A DNA stretch of 18,261 bases from NCBI GenBank assembly GCA_031409655.1, contig JANNXQ010000295.1:1-18261 (forward strand), written 5' to 3'. The stretch is from Chthoniobacteraceae bacterium. GTDB taxonomy: Bacteria > Verrucomicrobiota > Verrucomicrobiia > Chthoniobacterales > Chthoniobacteraceae. Of this stretch, positions 6,646 to 15,475 are shown piece by piece; within the stretch, counting starts at the first letter, position 1, and every line of letters begins with the position of its first letter. The translations under genes and the position numbers were made by a program. A model generated the notes under the pieces. It was not told where the DNA came from. It was given only the letters and a program-made list of their open reading frames with translations, and made no database searches.

Positions 6646-8804
6646 GCGTGCTCGGCGAGAGCGCGAGTGGCTCGGGCGAAAAGCGCATCGGACCCGCGCT
6701 GCGCCGCGATCTCGAAGTCTCGCACCAGCGCCGCGATGGCCTCGATCGCGCGGTGATCAAAGACCCGCTGACGCTGCGCTTTTTCGAGATGGGCTCGGAG
6801 GACTATCAACTCGCCACCCGCATCAATCTTGGCGCCACCGCCCGCGAGATCGCCGCGACCTGGCGCCGTGAACTGCCCGCACTTTGCCGGGCCCGCGGCG
6901 ACGTGGAACTCGAACGGCGCGCGGTGCGCCTCTGCTCGGAACTGCGCCATCTCGGACTCTGCGAATCGCCCGCGCAGACGAACTCAACGTCGGTGCGGAT
7001 GAAGTGGAGCGCGTGGTTCGTGCGGCTGGCGCGGCGGATCAGCGCACCGCTCTTCCTGCGCTTCCGGATGGGCGATCCGGATGCGTTTCTCGAAGTCGTC
7101 GTCCGCGCGCTGCGTCCGCTTTTTTCCCGCACGGCCTGTGGAGTCGCGGCGCTCTTCGTCGCGGTCACGCTCGTCGCGGCCATCGCCCATGCTGGCGAGA
7201 TGGAGATGCACACGGAGTGGTTCCTCGTCTGGCAGCACGCGCTCGCGCTCTACCTCGGCATCCTCGCGCTGAAGGTCATCCATGAAGCGGGCCACGCGCT
7301 CGTCTGTAAAGCGCTCGGCGGCCAGGTGCCGGAAGTCGGCGCGCAGTTGCTCGCCTTTCATCCCACGTTTTTTGTCGATGTCTCCGATACTTGGATGTGG
7401 CCGCAGCGCCGCCGTCGGATCGCGGTGGCGGCGGCCGGTTTCGGTGCGGAGATGATCGTCGCCGCGCTGCTCTTCTGGCTCTGGTGCCTGCTCGCGCCGG
7501 GGTTTGCGCGCGACCTTTGTTTGAATCTCATGTTTGTCGCCAGCGTCAGCGCGGTCTTCTTCAATGCGAATCCGCTGATGCGCTACGACGGCTACCACAT
7601 CCTCGCCGATCTCTGGCGGGAACCGCATCTGCGGAAGCACGCGTTTGCCACGCTCACGGATGCTCTGCGCCGCGTGATCTTCGGCAGTCGCCTCGTGCCG
7701 CGCGCCGTCACGCCACGGCGCGGCCGACTCATGCTCTACGCCATCGCGAGCACGGTGTACCTCGTCTGGATCGTCTGTGCGGTGGCTGGTTTTCTGGAGC
7801 GCGCGCTCGCTCCGCTCGGGCTTGAGGGCGCGGGTAAAGTGCTCATCGCGGCGTGGCTCATCGGGATGCTCGTGCCGATCGTTGGCTTCTTCCGCACCTT
7901 GCTCGTGGATCTTCTGCGGCTCGACGCCGCGCGGCGCCCGCGTCCGCTTTTCGCCGCGGCGGCGGTGGTCGTCCTGCTCGGGGCTGCGGCCTTTGTGCCG
8001 GTGCCCATCCGCGTCGAGCGCGCGTGCGTCGTCGCCGTGCCGTCCACGGGAGTGCTGCGAGCCTCCGAGCCCGGCGTGGTGGTCGAGATGCTGGTGCGGG
8101 AAGGGGAGCGCGTGCAGCGCGGCCAGCATCTGGCAGGGATCGAAAACCGCAGTCTCACGCTCGCGCAGGACCGGACCGCGCTCGAAGTCGGCCAGACGAG
8201 GATCGCGCTCTTTTCCGCTGCCGGGGAAAGTCGCGCCGTCGAAGTCGAGCAGCACTTGCGACACTTTAACAAAGCGCGTGCGAACTCCGAGCAGGCGGCG
8301 CGGCGCACGGAATCGCTGCTCCTCACCAGCCCTTGCGACGGCCTCGTGCTCACGCGGCAGACCGAGCGCCGGCAAGGTCAGCGCGTGCGCGCGGGCGACG
8401 AAGTGCTGAGCATCGGCGGCCCGGAACTGCGCGAGTGCCTGCTCCCCCTGAGCGAAAAGGAAGCGCGCCGGATTCACGAAGGCGCGGTGCTCGCGCTGCG
8501 TCTCCGCGCCGCGCCCGGCACCACTTACTCAGGCCGGATCAGCGCCCCGCCTTTGCGGATCAAAGGCGACGACCTCCCCCCCGCACTCACCGCGCTGGCC
8601 GGTGGGGAGATCGCCGTGGATGCGACGGGCAAAGTCTTTTCCTCCGAAGTCACCCACGTCGCGCGCTTCACCATCGAGACCGCGGAAATGCTGGCCCGGC
8701 CAGGCTCGACGGGCCGGGTGCGGCTCGACTGCGGGCAGCAAAGCGCGTGGCGGTGGCTACTCGAGACGGCGCTCGATGCGATCCATCTCGACCATCGCGT
8801 GTGA
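6642..8804 (+). CDS. Site-2 (M50) metalloprotease fused to a C-terminal HlyD-type adaptor domain, with a PqqD/RRE-like N-terminus
   Basis: HEAGH at 7281-7295, NPLMRYDG at 7569-7592, several TM helices, then GVVVEMLVREGERVQRGQHLAGI and LTSPCDGLVL. ATGA overlap with the upstream stop (6642-6645). Confidence 0.9.
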   Translation: MSVLGESASGSGEKRIGPALRRDLEVSHQRRDGLDRAVIKDPLTLRFFEMGSEDYQLATRINLGATAREIAATWRRELPALCRARGDVELERRAVRLCSELRHLGLCESPAQTNSTSVRMKWSAWFVRLARRISAPLFLRFRMGDPDAFLEVVVRALRPLFSRTACGVAALFVAVTLVAAIAHAGEMEMHTEWFLVWQHALALYLGILALKVIHEAGHALVCKALGGQVPEVGAQLLAFHPTFFVDVSDTWMWPQRRRRIAVAAAGFGAEMIVAALLFWLWCLLAPGFARDLCLNLMFVASVSAVFFNANPLMRYDGYHILADLWREPHLRKHAFATLTDALRRVIFGSRLVPRAVTPRRGRLMLYAIASTVYLVWIVCAVAGFLERALAPLGLEGAGKVLIAAWLIGMLVPIVGFFRTLLVDLLRLDAARRPRPLFAAAAVVVLLGAAAFVPVPIRVERACVVAVPSTGVLRASEPGVVVEMLVREGERVQRGQHLAGIENRSLTLAQDRTALEVGQTRIALFSAAGESRAVEVEQHLRHFNKARANSEQAARRTESLLLTSPCDGLVLTRQTERRQGQRVRAGDEVLSIGGPELRECLLPLSEKEARRIHEGAVLALRLRAAPGTTYSGRISAPPLRIKGDDLPPALTALAGGEIAVDATGKVFSSEVTHVARFTIETAEMLARPGSTGRVRLDCGQQSAWRWLLETALDAIHLDHRV

Positions 8805-10547
8805 GGCCAGCGGCGGCTGCACGAGGTCGTAGATTTCGCCCCACTCACCGACGGCGATGAGCCGCGACTCTTGTTTCCACGGCTGCTCGGAGTCGGGATA
8901 GTGCTCGATCTCGCGCGGGCCGAAGAAGACGTAACGGACCTCGAGGGCCTTGGCTTCGGCGCGCCACGAGGGTGCGCCGTTCATGAGCGCTTCGAGCTTT
9001 GGCTCGGCGGCCTGATACGGGAGTCCGTGGCTCCAGAGGTGGCCGGGGTAGCCGAGGGCCAGCTTGCGACCGGCGAGGAGGAGCGGGTGATTGTAAGTGG
9101 GGTAGCCGGCGAAGCGCAGTTCGGGGCGGAGATTGCGGACGGCTTGCTGCACGCCGTCGAGTTCCGAGCGGCGGGCGATCTCGTAGCCGGTGTGGGTGGC
9201 ATCGAGGCCGCCGAGCAGCGAGGCAAAGCCCGACCAGAAGAGCACAAAGCAGGTGACGAGGCGGGCGGGGAACGACCAGCGCGCGATGAGTGCCTCCCAC
9301 AGAAAAGGCAGCACCGCGAGATACGACCAGAGCATGATCTTGGTGTTGTCCCATTCCCACGGCGCGAACTTCACGAAGCAGCAGAGGAGGAAAATTCCGA
9401 GTGCTGGAACGACAAAGGCGCGAGCCGCTACGTCGCGCCGAATGCGCCAGCACAGGATGGCGAGAAGCACGGGCAGGATGCCAAAATTCACCGGCCAGAA
9501 AAGGAGCGCGGCGTTCGTGGTCGGCGGACCAGGCACGTGCGCGGCGCACCATTCCACCCACGGCGCGTCGTCCCACATCCAGCCCGCTTTCCAACCGATG
9601 ACGGAGGCGCCGCGCAGCATGCCGGTGACGAGCAGCGTGAGCGCGGTGGCGGGTGCAAAGGCAGCACCGACAAGCCCGGCGAGCCCGCGCCGCGCCGCGG
9701 GAATGAGTGCGAACCAAGTGGCGAGGAGGAGAGAGAGGAAAAAAAAGGTGTGCAGATGAAAGATCGGGAGCGACGCGTAGAGCAGCCATTCGCCGAGCCA
9801 GGGCAGACGATCGCGCACGTCGCCGCCGAAGTAGCGGCTGCGCCAACTCGTGAGCAGGAGGAGGCCGGCCGGTAGCGCGAAGAGCAGCCCGCGCTGCGTG
9901 ACCAGCAGCGCGAGTGGCAGACTTTTCCACGCGAGCTCCGTCTGAAAATCCGCGAACTCGCCGGTGGCGAAAAAGACGAAGCCCATGAGCCCGCCATTGG
10001 CGAGGAAGCCGAGGAGCGCAAAGCCGCGGCCCCAGCGCCAGAGCGCCGCGCCAGTGAGCGCCGCGCCGAGCAGCCCGACCCACACGAGGCCGCGCAGGGC
10101 ATCGACGCCGGCGAGGAGGAGCAGCGCATTGAGGAGATCGACACCGACGGGATAGACGAGCGGGCCGCCGCTGAAGATCGGATTCTCCGGCCAGAAAGGC
10201 ACGCCGCTCGCGAGATGGCGGATGTAGGTGAGGTGCAGGGAGAGGTCGCCGAGATTATTCGGCGAGAGCACGGCGATGACGTCGCCATCAGTGACGACGA
10301 GCCAGAGGAAAGCCCGCAGCGTGAAGAGCGTGAAGAGAACGATCGCGCCCCACTCCCAGGCGTCTGGCCGAGCGGAAGGGGAGCTGCGTTTCCAGCGCGT
10401 GCCGAGCGTGAGGAGCTTCACGAAGACACCGGCGGCGAGCGCGGCCCAGGCGAGTACGGGGCGGAGTCCGCCGGAGGCGAAGGCCAGCGCGAGGCCCGAG
10501 AGGACGCTCGTGGCCACGCCGTAGAGGAGTGAAGCGGCGAGTCTCAT
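8757..10547 (-). CDS. Polytopic membrane protein, putative GT-C-fold glycosyltransferase-like
   Basis: Many TM segments; loop NNLGDLSLHL...FWPENPIFSGGPLVYP; WEWDNTK; soluble C-terminal domain. ATGA-coupled to the upstream gene at 10544-10547. Confidence 0.75.
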   Translation of the reverse strand: MRLAASLLYGVATSVLSGLALAFASGGLRPVLAWAALAAGVFVKLLTLGTRWKRSSPSARPDAWEWGAIVLFTLFTLRAFLWLVVTDGDVIAVLSPNNLGDLSLHLTYIRHLASGVPFWPENPIFSGGPLVYPVGVDLLNALLLLAGVDALRGLVWVGLLGAALTGAALWRWGRGFALLGFLANGGLMGFVFFATGEFADFQTELAWKSLPLALLVTQRGLLFALPAGLLLLTSWRSRYFGGDVRDRLPWLGEWLLYASLPIFHLHTFFFLSLLLATWFALIPAARRGLAGLVGAAFAPATALTLLVTGMLRGASVIGWKAGWMWDDAPWVEWCAAHVPGPPTTNAALLFWPVNFGILPVLLAILCWRIRRDVAARAFVVPALGIFLLCCFVKFAPWEWDNTKIMLWSYLAVLPFLWEALIARWSFPARLVTCFVLFWSGFASLLGGLDATHTGYEIARRSELDGVQQAVRNLRPELRFAGYPTYNHPLLLAGRKLALGYPGHLWSHGLPYQAAEPKLEALMNGAPSWRAEAKALEVRYVFFGPREIEHYPDSEQPWKQESRLIAVGEWGEIYDLVQPPLASHAMVEMDRIERRLE

Positions 10548-12040
10548 GGCGCGGCGGGCGCGGGCGTGAATTCCGGAGTGCGGCCTGGAAATTGATCGCG
10601 AAATTCCGCGACGCGCAGATAGAGCAGCGCGGTCCCGTCCGACTGGCCGCGGAGGCGCAGCGGTTCGAAAAAGTAGGTGTGGCGCAGCAGCGGCTCGATC
10701 GTTTCCTGGAGCTGTTCGTCGATCAGCAAAAACGCGGCGTCGAGGGATTCGGGGAGTGCGTCGAAGTCTAAAAATACGACGTGTGGGTAGTCGCCGAGCA
10801 GCCAGGGCAGGGGATGGGTGTCGGCCATGACCACGTGACCGAGGAGATGACGCGCCACAGAATCGCGCGCGACGAGCGTCCGCAACGGCGTGAGCACTTT
10901 CTCGATGTCCGGCAGCGTCTGCACATAGACGTAGGGCTCGGTTTCATCGGTGAATTTGCGGAAGTTGAGTTGCAGCGCGAGGGCGAGGGAGACGGCGAGC
11001 GCGGGCCCTGCAATGAGCCATGGAAACCAGCCATCCACGCGCCGCGCGGCCCGCAGGACGGTGTAGCCAAAGAGCAGGTGCAGCGGCCACGCGAGCGCGA
11101 TGAGACACCAGGGCGTTTTGTAGGCGATCGCGGAATAGACGGCCAAGGTGGCGAGGCTCATGACGGCGAGGCCGCGGGCGATGAGATTCGTGCCGCGCCA
11201 GGAGATGCGCAGCGTGACGATGAGACCGAGGAGCGCGGGCCATTCGTAACGGCCGAGCAACGACAGCCAATACCACCAATCCTTCTCGTGCCCGCTCTCG
11301 CCTTTCGTGCCAGTGGCCAGCCATGGGGCGAAGGTGCGCCAGAGACCAGGGACGGATTCCCAATTCAAAAACCCGCCGGAGTAGAAGAAGACGATGAGCC
11401 CTGCGCACACCGCGGCGACAGCGCCGAGATCGCCCACTTTCCACTGCTGCCCGGCCACCCGCGCGCGACCTCCGCTCCACCAAACGACGGCCGCGGCTCC
11501 GCCCAGCGCGAAGAGATGCACGACGTAGGTTTCTTTCGTCAGCACGGCACCGGTGATCCCGAGCCCGGTCGCCCAGAGATGCGTCGTCGCCCCTCTTGAC
11601 CACAAGCCCGCGAGCCCCCAAGTCGCGAGCATCAGGAAAAAGACAAACGCGGATTCGTGGATCGCGTAGCGTCCATAGAAAGAGAACGCTGGCGAGATCG
11701 CCATGGCCAAGGCCGCGAGCAGACACGCGCCGATGCCGAGGTGGCGGCGGAAGGCCAGCATCATCCCGACGCTCGCCGTGCTGAAGAGTACCAGCGGCAT
11801 CCGCAGCGCCCAGAGGCTCCGGCCGAAGAGCGTTTGCGAGACGAAGAGGATGTAGAAATGGAGCGGCCCGTGGAAGTTCGTCGGGTCGTAGGCGTTGTAG
11901 CCCTGATGCGTCATCGCATCCACGAAGGCCCCGTTCACGCCTTCGTCGAAATGCGCTGGCTTCAGGTCCAGCCAGGCGACGCGCAACGCGAAAGCGAGCG
12001 CGATAATCGCGAAGGCGAGCAGGCGGGAACGGAAAGACAT
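10544..12040 (-). CDS. TIGR03663/Agl23-like GT-C (GT39/PMT-like) membrane glycosyltransferase
   Basis: LDLKPAHFDEGVN (DE motif in the first loop), YDPTNFHGPLHFY, FYGRYAIHES, LTKET, GHEKDWWYW, YKTPW; multiple TM helices. Confidence 0.82.
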   Translation of the reverse strand: MSFRSRLLAFAIIALAFALRVAWLDLKPAHFDEGVNGAFVDAMTHQGYNAYDPTNFHGPLHFYILFVSQTLFGRSLWALRMPLVLFSTASVGMMLAFRRHLGIGACLLAALAMAISPAFSFYGRYAIHESAFVFFLMLATWGLAGLWSRGATTHLWATGLGITGAVLTKETYVVHLFALGGAAAVVWWSGGRARVAGQQWKVGDLGAVAAVCAGLIVFFYSGGFLNWESVPGLWRTFAPWLATGTKGESGHEKDWWYWLSLLGRYEWPALLGLIVTLRISWRGTNLIARGLAVMSLATLAVYSAIAYKTPWCLIALAWPLHLLFGYTVLRAARRVDGWFPWLIAGPALAVSLALALQLNFRKFTDETEPYVYVQTLPDIEKVLTPLRTLVARDSVARHLLGHVVMADTHPLPWLLGDYPHVVFLDFDALPESLDAAFLLIDEQLQETIEPLLRHTYFFEPLRLRGQSDGTALLYLRVAEFRDQFPGRTPEFTPAPAAP

Positions 12041-12049
12041 TCCACGAAC

Positions 12050-12146
12050 TTATGAATGATGATTGATGATTGGTGAATGACGAACGGCACCGGATTCCGC
12101 TGATCCTCACGGAAATTCAAAACCAAAAATCCAGCCTCCAAAATTC
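12050..12146. repeat. Two degenerate heptamer tandem arrays in a divergent intergenic region
   Basis: TTATGAA TGATGAT TGATGAT TGGTGAA TGACGAA (12050-12084) and AATTCAA AACCAAA AATCCAG CCTCCAA AATTC (12114-12146). Confidence 0.6.
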
Positions 12147-12155
12147 TCCCCGCGA

Positions 12156-12893
12156 ATGGCCCCGGCTCTCTCCATTGTCATCCCCGCCTACGGCGAGGCG
12201 CGGCGACTGCCCGCCACGCTGGCGAAACTCGCTGCGTATGTGAGCGCCTCGACACCGGTGGTGGAGGTGCTGATCGTGGTGGAGCGCAGTCCGGATGCGA
12301 CGTTGACCCTGGCGCGTGAATTTACTGCCGGACGGCGGGGCTTCGAAGTGATCGACAATGGGCCGCAGCGCGGAAAGGGGCACGCGGTGCGCGCCGGGAT
12401 GCTGCGGGCGCGCGGGGCGCAGATCTTCTACCTGGATGCCGATCTCAGCGTGCCGCTCGCCGAGATCGCACCTTTCCTCCTGCATCTGGAAAGGAACCCG
12501 CAAACGTCCGTGCTCATCGGTGATCGGCAGCATCCGCGGAGCCGGATCACGCGGCGTCAATCCTGGCTCCGCGAGCGCATGGGCCAGACTTTCAATCGCG
12601 TACTGCAACGCCTCTCCCTGGTGCCGTGGAAGGACACGCAGTGCGGCTTCAAGGCCTTCCGCCACGACGCCGCCCGCGAGATTTTCTCCCGGCAAAAACT
12701 CGACGGCTTTGCCTTTGATGTGGAGGTGCTCCTGCTGGCGACGCAGCTCGGGTACCAGATCGAAGCGCTGCCGGTGGAGTGGATCAATTCCGCGGAGAGC
12801 AAGGTCCGCATCGTCCGCGACAGCCTGCGCATGTTGCGCGATGCGCTGCGGATGCGGAGAGTTTTCGCGCGAGCAACGCTGCGGATCGCGTAA
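12156..12893 (+). CDS. Dolichyl/polyprenyl-phosphate glycosyltransferase (Alg5-like GT2)
   Basis: LSIVIPAYGEARRLP, GKGHAVRAGM, YLDADLS, DTQCGFKAF, FAFDVEVL, LPVEW, SKVRIVRDSLRM. Confidence 0.92.
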   Translation: MAPALSIVIPAYGEARRLPATLAKLAAYVSASTPVVEVLIVVERSPDATLTLAREFTAGRRGFEVIDNGPQRGKGHAVRAGMLRARGAQIFYLDADLSVPLAEIAPFLLHLERNPQTSVLIGDRQHPRSRITRRQSWLRERMGQTFNRVLQRLSLVPWKDTQCGFKAFRHDAAREIFSRQKLDGFAFDVEVLLLATQLGYQIEALPVEWINSAESKVRIVRDSLRMLRDALRMRRVFARATLRIA

Positions 12894-12911
12894 TCCCAGG
12901 GTCATTCCGGG

Positions 12912-12949
12912 ATAGGAAATAGCCCGGGCGAGACAAAGCTCGCCCGGGC
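12912..12949 (-). terminator. Intrinsic terminator hairpin between convergent genes, possibly bidirectional
   Basis: Perfect 11-bp stem GCCCGGGCGAG (12922-12932) / CTCGCCCGGGC (12939-12949) with a 6-nt loop, followed on the minus strand by TATTTCCTAT. Confidence 0.75.
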
Positions 12950-12974
12950 CTTCCCCCCGAAAAGGTGCGCTAGT

Positions 12975-14186
12975 TTAGAAGATACCGGGAATACCGATCT
13001 GCTTGCTTGTCTTCTTCAAGTTACCGCTGGCGTCGTAGATGTAGATGTCCACGGTGCAGGTTCTCCGCGCACCGGGTTGAACGTTTGACGGCTCGGTGAG
13101 CGGGAGATCCTTCACCGAGATGATCGTGCGCCCCCTGGCATCCGTGCCGCCCGTTTGCAGGATGTATGTTCCTGCCTCGTCCCCTTCTTCCGGCTCGCTG
13201 GAGATCGGCAGCATCTCCACGTCATCCACGGCGATGCGGATCCTCAAGGGGCTGGCCTCATCGCTGAGGGTGTTTGGTGGCAGGTCGGTGATGACGCTAT
13301 TGAAGCTGACCTTACCGTCGCGATTTTCATCCAAGTTCGGCACGTCGGCTGCCACCAGCGGATTCGCCGTATCCGCCCGCCCAATGAGCACGGCGGAGTT
13401 AAGATCCACGATGGTGAGGTTGCCGCGTTTCTCAGAGCCCAACCGCTTTTTCGTGTTCGCGATCTGCCCCGCAGCGTATGCGGACCGGAAGCCTGTTGCC
13501 GTCCCGAAGGCCACGGTCACATTCACGGGCCGGTTGGCAAATTTCCTCACGCCGCCCTTCTCCTCATCGAAGCTTCCCTCGGTCACGAGATCGTCCAGCG
13601 GCACGATCGACGCGAGTTCGGCGGCCTGCGCATTGGCGAGGGCGAGCCGGACGGTGAGCGTGCTGGAGGTCCACGAGAAGATCACCGAGCCGACGGTGCG
13701 GATGCGCGGTTCCCCTTCCGGCTTCGCGGGCGGGAAGGTTCCGAGCAACGCGTAGCGGGCGGACTTCCCCAGCAAGTCGAGCTTGGTCGCGTCCTCGAGG
13801 GCGGCACTGAATTCAAAGCCCCCGACGTTCAACTCGACTTCCATGTCCGGGGCAATTTCGGAGAAGTTGAACTCGACGAGATTGGCCACGATGACGGCCG
13901 TCAGTTGCTCGGCTTTTTCGTCCTTGCTGAAGCTCGGGCCCTCCTCGCTTCGCTCCACCACCAACTTCTCGCAGGAGTGCTGGGTAATGGTGATCGTTGG
14001 CTTGAAATGATTGTCCGGATCATTGGCGAGGATATTGAAGGGATCCTGCGCCGAGGCAGGAATGATGGTGGCGGCGCCGAGGGCCAGTGCGAGCAGTGGC
14101 ATCCGGGCTTGTTTTTGCGTAAGGCAGGTGGCGGCGGTGCAACCCGCACGGAACGACTGCCAGATTGTTGGAGTAATTGATTTCAT
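12975..14186 (-). CDS. Hypothetical exported, probably beta-rich protein
   Basis: Long ORF with normal composition. A-rich tract before ATG 14186; signal-peptide-like PLLALALGAATIIPASA|QD; terminator downstream. No recognisable family. Confidence 0.75.
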   Translation of the reverse strand: MKSITPTIWQSFRAGCTAATCLTQKQARMPLLALALGAATIIPASAQDPFNILANDPDNHFKPTITITQHSCEKLVVERSEEGPSFSKDEKAEQLTAVIVANLVEFNFSEIAPDMEVELNVGGFEFSAALEDATKLDLLGKSARYALLGTFPPAKPEGEPRIRTVGSVIFSWTSSTLTVRLALANAQAAELASIVPLDDLVTEGSFDEEKGGVRKFANRPVNVTVAFGTATGFRSAYAAGQIANTKKRLGSEKRGNLTIVDLNSAVLIGRADTANPLVAADVPNLDENRDGKVSFNSVITDLPPNTLSDEASPLRIRIAVDDVEMLPISSEPEEGDEAGTYILQTGGTDARGRTIISVKDLPLTEPSNVQPGARRTCTVDIYIYDASGNLKKTSKQIGIPGIF

Positions 14187-14449
14187 TTTTTGTCTGTGTT
14201 TTGTGTTTTGTTTATTCCCTGGCTTCCCACTCCGGATGACCTGAGCCAGGAAGAGAGTTGGCACTGCTGACGCAGTGCGGTGTTTTTCCGATTTCCCGGA
14301 TCCTATTACCCGGGGCCTCATCATTCATCTGCCGCTTGCCTCCTCTGTTATTTTAACGGGTAACTCGGCAGAACTTGCCGGAAATCTTTTGGAATCGAGC
14401 GACTGATGAGTTGTGGTCAATGGCCGCGCGCTCACTAACACTTCCCCCA

Positions 14450-15394
14450 ATGATCCCCACCGCTCTCCTCGCCGATCCTCTTTGCCAGCAGCATGACCCT
14501 GGGCTTGGACATCCCGAGGCGCCGGCGCGTTTTGCGGCGGTCTTGCAGAAGCTCGAGCGGGACGACATCACCGCCAAGCTGACGCGCATCGACCCGCGCG
14601 ACGCGCTGCATGAAGATCTCCGGCTCGCGCACACGCCGGCCTATCTCGAGCTTGCCGAGCGGGAGATCGCGGGCGGCGCGGATCAATTGAGCACTGGCGA
14701 CACGAGTGTGAGCCCGCGCTCGTGGGACGCGGCGCGGCGGGCTGCTGGGTCTGGACTCGCCGCGGTGGATGCGGTGCTCGGGGGAAAAGTGCAGCGCGCC
14801 TTTTGCGTGGTGCGGCCTCCGGGGCATCACGCCTCGGCGGGGAAGGGGATGGGCTTCTGCGTGGTGAACAATATCGCCATCGCCGCGCGCCATGCGCAGC
14901 GCCGACATGGGATCGCGCGCGTGCTGATCGTCGATTGGGACGTGCATCACGGCAATGGCACCCAGGACATCTTCTATCGCGACGGCAGCGTCTTCATTTT
15001 CAATACCCATCAGTCTCCGTGGTATCCCGGAACTGGGCGCGCGGATGAAACGGGGGACGGCGAAGGGCGCGGCACTACGTTGAATTGTCCGCTCCCCGCG
15101 GGCTCCGGGCGTGCGGAAGTTTTCGACGCCTTCGAGCGCCAGCTCCTGCCCGCCGTCGAAACCTTTCGCCCCGAGTTGGTCATGATCTCCGCCGGTTTCG
15201 ATTCGCGCATCGATGACCCACTCGGGCAATTCCGCCTCACGGATGAAGACTTCGCCGACCTCACGCGGATCGTCTCCGGGATCGCCGAACGCCACGCGCA
15301 TGGCCGCGTCGTCTCGCTGTTGGAAGGTGGTTACAATCTTACCGGTCTCGCCAGTGCGGCCTCCGCACATGTGCGGGCGCTGGCCGCGGTGTGA
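14450..15394 (+). CDS. Histone deacetylase family (class II-like) amidohydrolase
   Basis: GHPEAPAR, RPPGHHA, GFCVVNN, DWDVHHGNGTQ, SAGFD, LEGGY. Confidence 0.95.
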   Translation: MIPTALLADPLCQQHDPGLGHPEAPARFAAVLQKLERDDITAKLTRIDPRDALHEDLRLAHTPAYLELAEREIAGGADQLSTGDTSVSPRSWDAARRAAGSGLAAVDAVLGGKVQRAFCVVRPPGHHASAGKGMGFCVVNNIAIAARHAQRRHGIARVLIVDWDVHHGNGTQDIFYRDGSVFIFNTHQSPWYPGTGRADETGDGEGRGTTLNCPLPAGSGRAEVFDAFERQLLPAVETFRPELVMISAGFDSRIDDPLGQFRLTDEDFADLTRIVSGIAERHAHGRVVSLLEGGYNLTGLASAASAHVRALAAV

Positions 15395-15412
15395 GCGGAC
15401 CTTTCAAGGAGC

Positions 15413-15458
15413 AGGGGCGCCCTCGCCTCGAGTGGCTCATGGGGGCGAGGGCGCCCCT
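15413..15458. repeat. REP-like hairpin or terminator between convergent genes
   Basis: AGGGGCGCCCTCGCC (15413-15427) pairs perfectly with GGCGAGGGCGCCCCT (15444-15458); followed by ATTCCTT on the + strand. Confidence 0.75.
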
Positions 15459-15475
15459 ATTCCTTGATCGCGCGC

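Noticed and set aside
6984..8477. 497-aa minus-strand ORF, and similar long alternative-frame ORFs (8845-10083, 8871-9875, 10944-12110, 13155-14180, 14435-15370, 15842-16837)
   Set aside because: They overlap motif-supported genes and show no recognisable domains; long stop-free frames are expected at this GC content.
14187..14324. Upstream 46-codon extension of the orphan exported protein
   Set aside because: It translates the A-rich leader (NKQNTKHRQK); ATG 14186 is the more plausible start.
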